From Capsulimonadales bacterium (GTDB lineage: Bacteria > Armatimonadota > Armatimonadia > Armatimonadales > Armatimonadaceae): DNA of 52,134 nucleotides. A program made the translations under genes and the position numbers. The notes below the pieces were generated by a model that was not told the origin of the DNA, made no database searches, and saw only the letters and a program-made list of their open reading frames with translations. Of this stretch, positions 39,899 through 50,541 are shown piece by piece. The stretch lies in contig JANRLW010000106.1 of assembly GCA_033762295.1 (NCBI GenBank), forward strand, positions 1 to 52,134. The letters run 5' to 3'. The first letter of the stretch is position 1, and each line of letters starts with the position of its first letter.

Positions 39899-40810
39899 AT
39901 GAGAACCGTGGTTACGGGCGCGACAGGCTTTATCGGTAAGGGGCTGGTCGCCCGGTTGCGGGAACGAGGTCATTCGGTGGCGACGGTGTCACGCAGCGCG
40001 GAAAAGGCGCGGTCGATTTTCGGATCGGACGTGCGTTGTCTGGCCTGGGGAGATACGGCCGCCTTACGGATCGAAGTCGCGGAAGCGGATGCGGTCTGCC
40101 ATCTGGCGGGGGCGTCCGTCGCCGGGGAACGCTGGACGCCGGCCTACAAGCGGGAGATCCGCCAGTCGCGGACCGAAAGCACGCGCCAACTGGTCGAAGC
40201 CGGTCCGCGCGTCCTGGTTTCGGCGTCCGCGGTCGGCTATTACGGCGGCTGTGGCGACGACCTGCTGACCGAGGAGTCCGGCGCGGGCGAGGATTTTCTC
40301 GCGGATGTCTGCGTCCGATGGGAGGCCGCGGCGCGTCAGGCGGAAAGCGGAGGCGGTCGGGTCGCGCTCGTGCGGATCGGGCAGGTACTCGGAAAGGGCG
40401 GGGGGACGCTCGACGCGATTTTGAACCCGCCGATTGCGCCGGTTTCCCCGTTCCGTCTGGGACTGGGCGGTATGTTCGGCAGCGGTCGGCAGTGGATGCC
40501 CTGGGTCCATCTGTCGGACGTCCTCCGTCTGTTCGTCTGGTGCGTCGAGACCGAGTCGGCCCGTGGTCCGTATAACGCCGTCAGTCCGAACCCGGTCACC
40601 AATCGGGAGTTCACCGAGACCCTGGGGCGCGTCCTGCGGCGGCCGACGGCGATTCCGGTGCCGGCGATCGCTCTGCGGGCGCTCCTCGGCGAATTCGCCG
40701 AATATGTCCTGTATTCGCAGAGAGTCGTTCCGCGCCGAACGACGGAGCAGGGATTCCGGTTCCGGTTTCCCCGGTTGGAGGACACTCTGCGCGATCTTCT
40801 CGAGAACTGA
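39899..40810 (+). CDS. TIGR01777 family NAD-dependent epimerase/oxidoreductase
   Basis: TGATGFIG, SASAVGYYG, GSGRQWMPWVH, PVTNREF. Confidence 0.92.
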   Translation: MRTVVTGATGFIGKGLVARLRERGHSVATVSRSAEKARSIFGSDVRCLAWGDTAALRIEVAEADAVCHLAGASVAGERWTPAYKREIRQSRTESTRQLVEAGPRVLVSASAVGYYGGCGDDLLTEESGAGEDFLADVCVRWEAAARQAESGGGRVALVRIGQVLGKGGGTLDAILNPPIAPVSPFRLGLGGMFGSGRQWMPWVHLSDVLRLFVWCVETESARGPYNAVSPNPVTNREFTETLGRVLRRPTAIPVPAIALRALLGEFAEYVLYSQRVVPRRTTEQGFRFRFPRLEDTLRDLLEN

Positions 40811-40851
40811 CCGCCAACTGACCGCCCGTTCGTCCGCCCGTTATCACAAAA

Positions 40852-40906
40852 CTTAATCCTCTCTTAATACGGGCTTAATACTGGCTTAACGTCCGGCGGT
40901 TATTAT
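40852..40906 (+). promoter_or_regulatory. Four 11-bp-periodic CTTAA(T/C) boxes plus -10 TATTAT (OmpR/PhoB-type)
   Basis: CTTAA at 40852, 40863, 40874 and 40885; TATTAT at 40901. Confidence 0.7.
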
Positions 40907-41027
40907 AAGGACGCAACCAGATTCGTTTCCACCCGAGCCTTGGCGAAGATCCGATTTGGTCGCACTCCTTACTGAACCCTTACCTCCTGCCCGCGACAAA
41001 CGGACGTCGCGGGCGAATTTTCTTTTC
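40907..41027 (+). ncRNA. Candidate small regulatory RNA
   Basis: Own promoter, 5' stem-loop, single-stranded ACCTCCT, terminator, no credible ORF. Confidence 0.5.
40989..41027 (+). terminator. Intrinsic terminator
   Basis: GCCCGCGAC-8nt-GTCGCGGGC followed by GAATTTTCTTTTC. Confidence 0.75.
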
Positions 41028-41065
41028 GGACCCTTTCCGGTCGGGCCATCGGGTACCCTGTGTTC

Positions 41066-42616
41066 ATGCGGGTAATCGTGGTCGGGGCGGGAGTGGGCGG
41101 CTTGGTCGCCGGTCTGCGTCTGGCGCATGCCGGGGCGCAGGTGACGATTCTGGAACAGGGAGAACGAGCGGGCGGGAAGTTGAACGTCTGGAAGCCGGAC
41201 GTGCCCGGCGTCGGGACGTTCCGGTTCGATACCGGACCCCATGTACTGACCATGCCCTGGGCGATCCGGGAACTGTTCGACGATCTCGGCGAACCGATGG
41301 AGGAGTATCTGACCCTCGAACGGACGGACCCGATCTGCCGATACCATTTTCCCGGCGATGACCCGTTCGATGCGCCGGCCCGACCCGAAGACGCCCTGCG
41401 GGCGATCGCCACCCGGTTCCCCGGCGATGAATCCGGCTTTCGGGAACTGCTGCGCTACGCCCGGCGCGTCCACGATGTCACGGTGGAACCGTTTCTGCGT
41501 CAGGATTTCGGCGCGGCGGTCCGCGGCATTCCGACCGCGGCGCAGTGGCGGCAACTGGCCGAGTTTCTGGGCCTGCGTCCCTGGCGCACACTGCACGCAC
41601 TGTCCGCCCGCCACCTCTCCGATCCGAAACTCCGGCAGATTTTCGATCTCTACGCGTTCTACAACGGCTCCTCTCCGTATCGCGCCTCGGCGATATTTTC
41701 CATCATCGCCTGGGTGCAGTGGGGCGACGGGACGTACTACCTGCGGGGCGGACTGCGAACCTACGCGGACGCGTTGCTGCGTCTGGCCGAAAAGCGCGGG
41801 GTGGAGATACGGACGGGGACGACGGTCGACGCGATCCGGATCGAGTCCGGCGGCGCGACCGGAGTCACGGTCGCGGGGACCGACCTGGCCGCCGATGCGG
41901 TGGTCTGCAATGTCGATCCGTTGACGGCCTACGCCCGACTGATCGGACCGGCGCATCGTCCGGCCGCCTTCACACCGGAAAGAATGGAGTCCGTCCCACC
42001 CTCCACCTCGGCTTTCGTTCTGTTGCTCGGGGTGCGCGGGACGCCGGCGGGCGACTTCCCGCACCTGTCCCACTACAACTCCTTTCTGCCGCCGAACCTC
42101 GACGACGAATTACAGGCGATCTTCGAACGGGGCGTTCCCGCCGACGACCCCGTGATCGGGGTGACCTGCCAGAGCGTGACCGATCCGACCGCCGCGCCGC
42201 CGGGCCATACCAATCTCTTTGTCATGACGTCGCCGCCCGCGATCGGAAGCCGGTTCGAGTGGAACGAGCAAACCGAAGCCGGGTACCGGGATCGGGTGCT
42301 GGCGCTTCTGGAGACGCGCGGGCGAATGCCGGGTTTGCGGGAGCGGATCGTCTGCGAACAGCGGTGGACACCGAGGACGTTCGCCGATCGGTACGGCGCG
42401 TGGCGCGGGAGCCTTTACGGAGCCTCGTCCAACGGGATCAAATCGGGATTTTTTCGCCCGCCGAACCGGGCGAGCGGCGTCCGGGGACTCTATTTTGTCG
42501 GGGGAGGCACCCATCCGGGCGGTGGCCTGCCCCTGGTGACGTTGAGCGGGAAGATTGTGGCCGAGGCGCTGAGAGCGGATTACGCGGGCAAAAAATATGC
42601 CCGGTTTTCCCAATGA
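41066..42616 (+). CDS. Phytoene desaturase family (CrtI/CrtD-like) FAD oxidoreductase
   Basis: VVGAGVGGL, FRFDTGP, GLYFVGGGTHPGGGLPLVTLSG. Confidence 0.92.
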   Translation: MRVIVVGAGVGGLVAGLRLAHAGAQVTILEQGERAGGKLNVWKPDVPGVGTFRFDTGPHVLTMPWAIRELFDDLGEPMEEYLTLERTDPICRYHFPGDDPFDAPARPEDALRAIATRFPGDESGFRELLRYARRVHDVTVEPFLRQDFGAAVRGIPTAAQWRQLAEFLGLRPWRTLHALSARHLSDPKLRQIFDLYAFYNGSSPYRASAIFSIIAWVQWGDGTYYLRGGLRTYADALLRLAEKRGVEIRTGTTVDAIRIESGGATGVTVAGTDLAADAVVCNVDPLTAYARLIGPAHRPAAFTPERMESVPPSTSAFVLLLGVRGTPAGDFPHLSHYNSFLPPNLDDELQAIFERGVPADDPVIGVTCQSVTDPTAAPPGHTNLFVMTSPPAIGSRFEWNEQTEAGYRDRVLALLETRGRMPGLRERIVCEQRWTPRTFADRYGAWRGSLYGASSNGIKSGFFRPPNRASGVRGLYFVGGGTHPGGGLPLVTLSGKIVAEALRADYAGKKYARFSQ

Positions 42617-42812
42617 AAACCGGGCTCCATCATCCCGATGGACAATGAAAAGGAGGACATGCGCTGTTAATGATTACGGTCCGCTACACGGAAGGGTTCC
42701 CCCTGCTCAGAAAAAGAGGAAAGTTTTTTCGACCGTCCCGGTAAATTTTCCTTCTTTCCCCGGAATAAATTTTCGGAACCACTCCCCGAAAGGAATTGCG
42801 CTCGTCCCTGAA

Positions 42813-42841
42813 TTGACATCGGGGGAACGGAACGGTATTCT
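42813..42841 (+). promoter_or_regulatory. Sigma-70 promoter
   Basis: TTGACA-17-TATTCT. Confidence 0.7.
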
Positions 42842-42914
42842 GACCTGAAAGGCGGGTTTGGCAACTGACTTTTACGGGATTGGAAGGGCCGGATCGACCC
42901 CGGCACGAGGGTGG

Positions 42915-43403
42915 ATGCTTTACTGGACGGAAGGACTGAAGGACGGGGTGGTCCGGCAGGCCGAGGCGGGCTATCCGGAGGAGATCTGCGGCGTTCTGGT
43001 CGGACGATGGTCCGGCGAGGAAAAGATCGTCTCACGCCTCGTTCCGATCGAAAACCGCTGGCAGGAAAGCGGCGAAGCGGAGTTCTCCGGGGTCGGCGAC
43101 GATTTCGGCGGAGCCTCTCGTCACCATCGCTTCAAAATTTCGCCCGAGGATTATTACCGCGTCGATATCGATGCCCGGACGGCCGGGGAGGCGATCCTGG
43201 GGTTCTATCATTCGCATCCCGACCATCCGGCGCGTCCGAGCGACTATGATCTCCGTCTCGCCCGGGAGATTTTCCCCGGATTTTCCTATATGATTGTTTC
43301 CGTACAACGCGGCAAGGCGACCGACGTCACGTCGTGGGTGCTTCGTGACGATTATGCGGATTTCGATCCGGAACCGCTGCGGTTCGCGCCGCTCGAACTG
43401 TGA
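42915..43403 (+). CDS. M67/JAB-domain metallopeptidase (Mec-like)
   Basis: YPEEICG; FYHSHPDHPARPSDYD JAMM motif. Confidence 0.92.
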   Translation: MLYWTEGLKDGVVRQAEAGYPEEICGVLVGRWSGEEKIVSRLVPIENRWQESGEAEFSGVGDDFGGASRHHRFKISPEDYYRVDIDARTAGEAILGFYHSHPDHPARPSDYDLRLAREIFPGFSYMIVSVQRGKATDVTSWVLRDDYADFDPEPLRFAPLEL

Positions 43404-43414
43404 GGAGAGTGCCT

Positions 43415-44608
43415 GTGTCCAGTATTTCGGTTCCGTCCGCCGTCGATCCGACGGAAGTATCCCTGTCTCCGCAGGAGTTGCTGCGGTATTCGCGGCACCT
43501 GATTCTGCCCGAAGTCGGCCCGGAAGGGCAGAAGCGATTGAAGGCGGCGTCCGTTCTCTGTATCGGTACCGGCGGACTGGGGTCGCCCTTGACGATGTAC
43601 CTGACGGCGGCGGGGGTCGGTCGCGTCGGTCTGGTCGATTTCGACGTCGTGGACTTCACCAACCTCCAGCGGCAGATCGTCCACGGAACGAAGGATGTCG
43701 GGAAACCCAAGATTCAGTCGGCGAGGGAGACGCTTTCCGATATCAACCCGGAGACGGTCATCGAGACGCATGAAACAATGCTTTCCTCGGCGAATGCCCT
43801 CGAACTCTTCGCCGGATACGATCTGATCATCGACGGCACCGACAACTTCCCGACCCGTTACCTGGTCAATGACGCCTGCGTTCTGCTCGGAAAGCCGAAT
43901 GTCTACGGATCCATCTTCCGATTTGAGGGGCAGGCGACCGTGTTCTGGGCCAAGGAAGGCCCCTGTTATCGGTGCCTCTATCCGGAACCGCCGCCCCCCG
44001 GTCTCGTGCCGTCCTGCGCCGAGGGCGGCGTTCTCGGCGTCCTTCCCGGAATCGTGGGATGCATCCAGGCGAACGAGGCGATAAAACTGATTCTGGGAGT
44101 CGGCGAGCCGCTGATCGGTCGTCTGCTCCTGTTCGACGCGCTCGGTATGCGGTTCCGCGAGTTGAAACTGCGCAAGGACCCCGCCTGCCCGATCTGCGGT
44201 TCGAACCCGACCGTGACGGCGTTGATCGATTATGAGGAGTTTTGCGGAGTCGGTCGCGGCAGCGAGGCTCCGCCGGAGGCTGCCCCTACCATGCGAGAGA
44301 TAACCCCGATCGAATTGAAAGCGAAACTCGACCGCGGTGACGATTTCCTGTTGATCGATGTACGCGAACCGTACGAATGGGAAATCGCCCGGATTCCCGG
44401 CGCGACACTGATTCCGCTCGGAACGATCGCCGACCGTGCGGGCGAACTGGACCCGAATGCCGAGATTGTGTTGCAGTGCCGGAGCGGTAAGCGATCCGCT
44501 ACCGCGCTGGAAACCCTGCAGCAGAAGGGGTTCAAAAACCTCCTGAACCTGAAGGGTGGAATCCTCGCCTGGGCGGACGACGTCGACCCGACGGTTCAGA
44601 AGTACTGA
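43415..44608 (+). CDS. moeB: MoeB/MoeZ-type adenylyltransferase-sulfurtransferase (ThiF plus rhodanese)
   Basis: RYSRHLIL, GTGGLGSP, NLQRQ, CYRC, CPIC, rhodanese CRSGKRS. Confidence 0.95.
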   Translation: MSSISVPSAVDPTEVSLSPQELLRYSRHLILPEVGPEGQKRLKAASVLCIGTGGLGSPLTMYLTAAGVGRVGLVDFDVVDFTNLQRQIVHGTKDVGKPKIQSARETLSDINPETVIETHETMLSSANALELFAGYDLIIDGTDNFPTRYLVNDACVLLGKPNVYGSIFRFEGQATVFWAKEGPCYRCLYPEPPPPGLVPSCAEGGVLGVLPGIVGCIQANEAIKLILGVGEPLIGRLLLFDALGMRFRELKLRKDPACPICGSNPTVTALIDYEEFCGVGRGSEAPPEAAPTMREITPIELKAKLDRGDDFLLIDVREPYEWEIARIPGATLIPLGTIADRAGELDPNAEIVLQCRSGKRSATALETLQQKGFKNLLNLKGGILAWADDVDPTVQKY

Positions 44609-44625
44609 ACCGTCGGGCGCGGCGG

Positions 44626-46905
44626 TTACCTTGCGGGTTCCGCGATCCGGATACGGACCGACGCGGAGACCTGCTCGGGGGCGAGGCAGGTCGTCTCGGT
44701 GCACGCCTGGAAGCGGACCGAGAGATGGAGGATGCCATAGCCCGGTTCGGCGTCGGGGGGGATACGCACCGGCACGGTCAGGACATTCCGCTCGCGGTAC
44801 ACGGCCAGGGTGTCGCCTCCGACGACCTCGGGAACCGGGGCGGGATAGCCGACCGGACCGACGCTGGCGGGAAGATCGAAAGCGATCGTCGCCGTCGTGG
44901 GGATCAGGTTCGGCAGTGTCGGACGATGGGCGTTGATATGATAGCCGGGGGCGACTCGGAGCGTGAACCCGAGCGTCAACACGTCGCCCGGAAGGCCGGT
45001 CACATCGTCCGAATCCGCCATGAGCAGAACGGGGGGGCCGGTTCCGACCCCATCGTCCCCCCGATCGATCGCCAGAGTGGCGGTCAGCAGAGTGTGCGTC
45101 CCGTTCGGGGCGCGCTGCAGAACCCCCCGATAATTATGGAGGAGCGCCTGGGCGGCCTGGCCGTAACGGTCGCCGTTCTCCGACACGCTCAACCGAACGA
45201 GAACCCGGGCCGCCACCCCGTTCGCCGAGGGAAGCGCGCCGTCGAGGAGGTCCTTGGACCGGGCGATAAGGGTTTCATGGTCTTTTCCGGCAAAGAAAAA
45301 GCCGCCGTCCTCCGGGTCCCAGAAGTCGGCCAGAAGTGCGTCGGCCAGTTGGCGGGCCTCCTCAGCCCAGACCGGCATCCCGGTCGCCTCGAAGAGATCG
45401 AGGAGTCCGTCGGCGAGGTACGCGTAATCATCGAGGAACGCCGGAATCGCCGCTTCGCCCCGCGCATATCGATGCAGAAGGCGTCCTTCCGGTCGGAGGG
45501 CGGTCAGGCAGAAGTTGGCGGCCCGTTCCGCCGCGGCGATATAGCCTGGCTCGTTCAGCGCCTTTCCGGCGACGGCGAGAGCGCCGATCATCAGGCCGTT
45601 CCACGACGTGATGATCTTGTCGTCCTGGCCCGGAGGCACTCGCTGATACCGGTGCTGTCGCAGGGTTTCGCGAGCGGCGACGATCTCCTCCTCCAGAATG
45701 TCGGGAAGTCCGGTATCGGTCGCGCCGAGGGCGAGATAGGGAATATTGAACCCCGTTATCTGTCCGGTCGCCTCCTCCCGGTAGTTGCCCTTTCGGAGGA
45801 AATGATACTTCCGGCAGAAGTCCGTTCCCGCCTCCTCTCCGAGCAGCGCGGTCACCTCGTCCCAGGACCAGACGTAGTATTTGCCTTCCTCTCCCTCGCT
45901 GTCGGCGTCCAGGGCGCTTCGGAACCCGCCGTTCCGATCGGCCAGGTCGCGTAGAACCCAGTCGCACGTCTCACGCGCGATCCGGGCGAAGCACTCCCGT
46001 CGGGTGATACGGAACGCTTCCGCGTAGAGGCGCGAGAGCAACGCGTTGTCATACAGCATCTTCTCGAAGTGCGGAAGGAGCCAGACGGCGTCGGTCGAGT
46101 AGCGATGGAATCCGCCGCCGATGTGGTCGTAGATGCCACCGAGGGCCATGCGTTCCAAAGTGATGAGCGCCATCGGCAGCGCGTGTCGGTACTCGCGTTC
46201 GGCGGCCAGAAGCAGCAGGCGGAGGGCGTGATGAGGCGGGAACTTGGGAGCTGCTCCGAAGCCGCCGTTGGCGGAGTCGAAGCGTTCGGCCATATCGGTC
46301 AGAGAGGCTTCCAGGAGTCCGTCGACGTCGATGCCGGGCGCATTGGACGCCAGCGGACGCTGTCGGGTGGCGGTTCGGAGTTCGTTGGTCAACTGGGTCG
46401 CCACCTCCTCCAGTTCGGAGAATCGGTTTCGGTAGGCGTCGGCCAATTGAGTGATCAGGGAGCGGAAACTGATGCGTCCGTGCCGGTTCTCGGGCGGGAA
46501 ATAGGTGCCTCCGTAGAACGGTCGGCCATCGGGAAGGAGGAAGACGGACAGCGGCCATCCGCCATGACGCGTCATCATCTGGACGGCGGTCATGTAGATT
46601 TCATCGATATCCGGTCGCTCTTCTCGGTCCACCTTGATCGAAATGAAATGTTCGTTGAGGAGGGCCGCGACCGCCGGGTCCTCGAAACTCTCCCGTTCCA
46701 TGACGTGGCACCAGTGACACGCGGAGTAACCGATGGAGAGGAAGATCGGCTGGTTCCTTTGCCGGGCGGCTTCCAGCGCCTCCGGTCCCCAGGGATACCA
46801 GTCTACCGGGTTGTGTGCATGCTGCAGGAGGTACGGCGACTTCTCCTGTGCCAGGCGATTGGCGGGAGAAGAGGGATGGGAACCGGTCGGAGGATGTTCG
46901 GCCAT
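44626..46905 (-). CDS. Thioredoxin domain-containing YyaL/SSP411 (DUF255) protein with C-terminal DsbD-N-like domain
   Basis: [38 protein letters not shown]; tail GYHIN...[10 protein letters not shown]. Confidence 0.92.
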   Translation of the reverse strand: MAEHPPTGSHPSSPANRLAQEKSPYLLQHAHNPVDWYPWGPEALEAARQRNQPIFLSIGYSACHWCHVMERESFEDPAVAALLNEHFISIKVDREERPDIDEIYMTAVQMMTRHGGWPLSVFLLPDGRPFYGGTYFPPENRHGRISFRSLITQLADAYRNRFSELEEVATQLTNELRTATRQRPLASNAPGIDVDGLLEASLTDMAERFDSANGGFGAAPKFPPHHALRLLLLAAEREYRHALPMALITLERMALGGIYDHIGGGFHRYSTDAVWLLPHFEKMLYDNALLSRLYAEAFRITRRECFARIARETCDWVLRDLADRNGGFRSALDADSEGEEGKYYVWSWDEVTALLGEEAGTDFCRKYHFLRKGNYREEATGQITGFNIPYLALGATDTGLPDILEEEIVAARETLRQHRYQRVPPGQDDKIITSWNGLMIGALAVAGKALNEPGYIAAAERAANFCLTALRPEGRLLHRYARGEAAIPAFLDDYAYLADGLLDLFEATGMPVWAEEARQLADALLADFWDPEDGGFFFAGKDHETLIARSKDLLDGALPSANGVAARVLVRLSVSENGDRYGQAAQALLHNYRGVLQRAPNGTHTLLTATLAIDRGDDGVGTGPPVLLMADSDDVTGLPGDVLTLGFTLRVAPGYHINAHRPTLPNLIPTTATIAFDLPASVGPVGYPAPVPEVVGGDTLAVYRERNVLTVPVRIPPDAEPGYGILHLSVRFQACTETTCLAPEQVSASVRIRIAEPAR

Positions 46906-46962
46906 GACGGAAATACCTTTCCGAGAAGGTTATACCTGATTTCGACCGGTATGGTTCGGATC

Positions 46963-47016
46963 GATTGCGGGGATTGCGGGGATTGCGGGGATTGCGGGGA
47001 TTACGGGGATTATCGG
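46963..47016. repeat. 9-bp tandem repeat (GATTGCGGG)x4 plus 2 variants
   Basis: Read directly; the last unit contains the stop of the upstream minus-strand gene. Confidence 0.9.
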
Positions 47017-47906
47017 GGGACCCGATCCGCATTTCCGTCGGCGGACCGCAGCCGGAAGATCGGTGTCGGTTGTTTCTCACCGGTATCGAGCAGGGATTTT
47101 CCGTCCCGGGAGTAGCATACCGCTTCCGCCTGTCGCAGCGTGGCGGTCTCGATCCGTATCAGCGGCGCTTTCAGAATATCCTCGAACGATCGGGCGCCGC
47201 GCGGCATCCGCAGTTCGTAAAGGGCGTCATAGGTTCGGAGGGCGACCCGTCGGCCGTCCGGAGCGATCGCGCCGCCGGTGACAAGCCGCGGAAACGGATG
47301 GTTCTCTGGCGGCAGGGAGATCCGTCCGACCGGCAGGAGGGTGATCGGTTGTGAGGAAGGAGTGCGTTCCACCGGAAACCGGTAGACTCGCGAGACGCCG
47401 GATTCCTCCTTGGTGACGATATACAGGACACCGGTTTGGGGATGACAGAGCAACGCTTCGGCGTTGTGCGGCCCGTCGGGGTACCGGAAGTGGCGACGGA
47501 CGACATTGCCGGGAACGGGGCGTGGGGTAGTGCGACTGCCGACGACGGACGAAATCGACGGTTCGGGAACACGATAGATCGTTCCGTACTTCCGCTCCCT
47601 TCGATTGTCGCCGATATCGCCCAGGTACAGGCAGTGGCCCTTGCCGTCGGGTCCCGGACCGATGGCCATATCTTCCCAGTCGATGGCTTCCGCTCCCGGT
47701 ATTCGGAAAACGGCGCGGGTGCGCCCGGTCCGATCGACGCCGTACAGGAACGGACCGTCGCCCGAATCGTTATGCACCCAGAACAGGCCGGGATTGCGCC
47801 GCGATTCGGCGATTCCGGAAACCTCCCGGAGATACCCCGCTTGCAGAGTGCAAACGAGTTCGGGCAGGTGATAATACGGTTGGGAATCGGCTGGCTGTCG
47901 GAGCAC
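47010..47906 (-). CDS. Hypothetical beta-propeller-like protein
   Basis: SD GAGAAGGA before GTG 47906; EVSGI, HNDSGD, DWEDMA, LGDIGDN, NAEAL motifs. Confidence 0.75.
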   Translation of the reverse strand: MLRQPADSQPYYHLPELVCTLQAGYLREVSGIAESRRNPGLFWVHNDSGDGPFLYGVDRTGRTRAVFRIPGAEAIDWEDMAIGPGPDGKGHCLYLGDIGDNRRERKYGTIYRVPEPSISSVVGSRTTPRPVPGNVVRRHFRYPDGPHNAEALLCHPQTGVLYIVTKEESGVSRVYRFPVERTPSSQPITLLPVGRISLPPENHPFPRLVTGGAIAPDGRRVALRTYDALYELRMPRGARSFEDILKAPLIRIETATLRQAEAVCYSRDGKSLLDTGEKQPTPIFRLRSADGNADRVPR

Positions 47907-48082
47907 TGTGCAATCCTTCTCACTGAAAATCACGGCGGGAAATACCGACAAACGAGTGTGGACTATTATACAGGAGCCCGCCGAATGATACAAACGGTCG
48001 TTTCCGGGGTAGGATAGTCGCAATAAACTTGCAGGCGTGCAAAACGGGGACGACGCGTTCTGTAATTACGGTGTTAAGTGGG

Positions 48083-48904
48083 ATGAGGCTCTTTTTTCTG
48101 GGGACCGGAGCGGCGGAGGGACTGCCTGCGCTGTTCTGTGAATGTGCCATCTGTCGTGAAGCGAAGTCGCGAGGCGGCGTCGAGGTGCGAACACGCTCGA
48201 CGATCCTGATCGACGACATGATCAAGATCGATCTGCCGCCTGATACGCTGCATCATGTACACCGATATCCGGAAATGGAGCTTTCAAAACTTCAGCATCT
48301 CCTGTTTACCCATTCGCATGACGATCATTTCGCGGTTCGGGAACTGCAATACCTTTCCCCGATTTTCGCTCTGACCCGGAAAGAGCCGTTGAATGTCTAT
48401 GCGACCGGCGAGGTGATCGCGAAAATGCTTCGTGAAATGGAGCATTTCTTCGAAAGAGCGCCGATCCGTTTTCAGTCCGTCATTCCCTACAACGAATTTG
48501 CCGTCGGCCATCTCCGCGTCACTCCGATTGTCGCGCATCATCGCGAGGACGAGTTGTGCCTGAATTACATACTTTCGGACGGGCGAAAATCGGTGTTGTA
48601 CGGCTGTGATACGGGGTGGTACGACCTGCCGACCTGGGAGTTCCTCGAGCGATGTCGGCTCGACGCCGTGATTATGGAATGCGGCAAGGGCAAGGTGCGC
48701 GGCGGCTACGACGGTCACCTGAATGTCGACGAGGTCTTCCGTATGCGCTGTTGCCTGCTCGAGGCGGGCGTACTCTCGGAGGACGCTCCCTTTTATCTGA
48801 CCCATATATCGCATACCGGCCTACTGCTGCATGAGGAGATGGACCGCCTGGTGCGTCCGCATGGCGTTCGCGTGGCCTACGACGGGATGAAGGTGGAAAT
48901 CTGA
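48083..48904 (+). CDS. MBL-fold metallo-hydrolase (PhnP-like)
   Basis: FLGTGAAEG, CECAIC, THSHDDH, DTG, THISH, AYDGM. Confidence 0.9.
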   Translation: MRLFFLGTGAAEGLPALFCECAICREAKSRGGVEVRTRSTILIDDMIKIDLPPDTLHHVHRYPEMELSKLQHLLFTHSHDDHFAVRELQYLSPIFALTRKEPLNVYATGEVIAKMLREMEHFFERAPIRFQSVIPYNEFAVGHLRVTPIVAHHREDELCLNYILSDGRKSVLYGCDTGWYDLPTWEFLERCRLDAVIMECGKGKVRGGYDGHLNVDEVFRMRCCLLEAGVLSEDAPFYLTHISHTGLLLHEEMDRLVRPHGVRVAYDGMKVEI

Positions 48905-48996
48905 CGGTTGCATCCCTTGCGCTCCGTGTCTCGACGCTCCCTCGCTCCTTCCGCCTTTCCGAATCCTCGCCACTCTTCGCCGACCGTTGTCCCTGC

Positions 48997-49025
48997 TTGA
49001 CATTGTTCCTGTGGCGTCTTATACT
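48997..49025 (+). promoter_or_regulatory. Sigma-70 promoter of murA-mreB2
   Basis: TTGACA-17-TATACT. Confidence 0.75.
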
Positions 49026-49155
49026 GCTTTGACCCCGAGAGCGAGCGTGGTTCGCGTTTCGGGACACCCATTATCCGCTTGTTCGTTGTCGTCGCGGCGC
49101 CGATCACCGGAGCGTCTCCGGCGGTACCTGCGCGCGGCGAGTTCAGGAGCCCAGC

Positions 49156-50541
49156 ATGGCCTCATTTGTCGCGGCCCCCGCCGAACCGCGTATCGTAATC
49201 GTCGGAGGAAAGCGTCTCGTCGGAACGATCCCGGTCAGCGGGTCGAAGAATGCCTCCCTCGCCATTCTGGCCGGGGCGATTCTCGCGGCGGAAGGGGAGA
49301 CTGTCCTGCATGGTCTTCCTCGTATCGGCGATATCGAGACGATGGCGCTCGTTCTTCAGCAACTGGGCGTCCGGACCGCGTTCGAGAACCAGGGGCGCAC
49401 TCTGCGCATCAACGCCTCCTCCCTCACCAACTGTGAAGCCCCTCCGGACCTGGTGGCCCGGATGCGTGCGTCGTTCTGGGTGCTCGGTCCGGTGCTGGCG
49501 CGATTGGGCGAGGCGAAGGTCACGCAGCCGGGTGGGTGCAATATCGGCGCGCGGCCGATCGATCTTCATCTCAAGGGGCTGGCGGCGCTCGGAGCCGATC
49601 TCGATGTCTCCTTCGGCAGCGTGACGGCGGTTGCCGGGCAGGGGTTGCGGGGAGCGAAGATCTACCTGGATTTCCCCTCGGTCGGCGCGACGATGAACCT
49701 GATGATGGCGGCGTCGCTGGCGGAAGGCGTCACCGTGATCGAGAATGCGGCCCAGGAACCCGACGTCGAGGATCTGGGCAATTTTCTGATCGCTCTGGGG
49801 GCGCGGGTACAGGGACACGGAACCGGAATGCTGACCGTTCAGGGCGTCCGCCGTCTGCGGGGCGCGGAATACACGGTGAGCGCGGACCGGATGGAGGCGG
49901 GGACGTTCGGTGTAATGGCGGGAATCACCGGAGGGAATGTCCTGCTCGAGCCGGTCGACCCGATCCATATGCGACCGATCACCCTGAAAATGATCGAGGC
50001 CGGAATGCGGATCGAGGAGGGACCGAACTTCGTGCGCTGTATCGGCCCGGATCGCCCGCGTTTCACCAATCTGACCGCAATGCCGCACCCCGGCTTTCCG
50101 ACGGACATGCAGCAGGCGTTCACCGCTATGCTTACCGTCGCGGACGGCACCTCGGTGATCACGGACAATGTGTATGAGAACCGTTTCCGTTTCCTGACTG
50201 AGATGGCGCGTATGGGCGCACGGTCGCAAGTGAATGGCCGGACGGCGGTCATCTCCGGGGTTGCCCGGCTGACCGGCGCGGATGTGGAGGCGTCCGATCT
50301 GCGCGCGGGCGCCGCCCTGGTGACGGCGGGACTGGCCGCGCACGGGCAGACACGGGTCTTCAAAACCGAGCATCTGCACCGGGGGTACGAACGGTTCGTC
50401 GAGAAATTGACCGCCGTCGGTGCGGAGATCTGGCGCGAGGACGAGTTCGGTCGGCCTCTCGGTTCGGAGCGAAGCGGCGAAGGCGATCGAGAAACGGCGG
50501 AAAACCGGACGGAACGAGGAACCCAATGCTCCCCCGCGTAA
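49156..50541 (+). CDS. murA: UDP-N-acetylglucosamine 1-carboxyvinyltransferase
   Basis: [44 protein letters not shown]. Confidence 0.97.
   Translation: MASFVAAPAEPRIVIVGGKRLVGTIPVSGSKNASLAILAGAILAAEGETVLHGLPRIGDIETMALVLQQLGVRTAFENQGRTLRINASSLTNCEAPPDLVARMRASFWVLGPVLARLGEAKVTQPGGCNIGARPIDLHLKGLAALGADLDVSFGSVTAVAGQGLRGAKIYLDFPSVGATMNLMMAASLAEGVTVIENAAQEPDVEDLGNFLIALGARVQGHGTGMLTVQGVRRLRGAEYTVSADRMEAGTFGVMAGITGGNVLLEPVDPIHMRPITLKMIEAGMRIEEGPNFVRCIGPDRPRFTNLTAMPHPGFPTDMQQAFTAMLTVADGTSVITDNVYENRFRFLTEMARMGARSQVNGRTAVISGVARLTGADVEASDLRAGAALVTAGLAAHGQTRVFKTEHLHRGYERFVEKLTAVGAEIWREDEFGRPLGSERSGEGDRETAENRTERGTQCSPA

Noticed and set aside
40904..40966. Minus-strand 20-aa ORF (MRPNRIFAK...) using AGGAGG as SD
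   Set aside because: The SD is about 17 nt from the start, and the promoter and terminator orientation favour a plus-strand RNA.
42638..42744. Tiny ORFs near AAGGAGG (MRC*, MITVRYTEG...)
   Set aside because: SD spacing of 2 or 13 nt and no recognisable homology.
40852..47016. Short periodic repeats as a possible CRISPR array
   Set aside because: Units are 9-11 bp with no unique spacers, and no cas genes are present.
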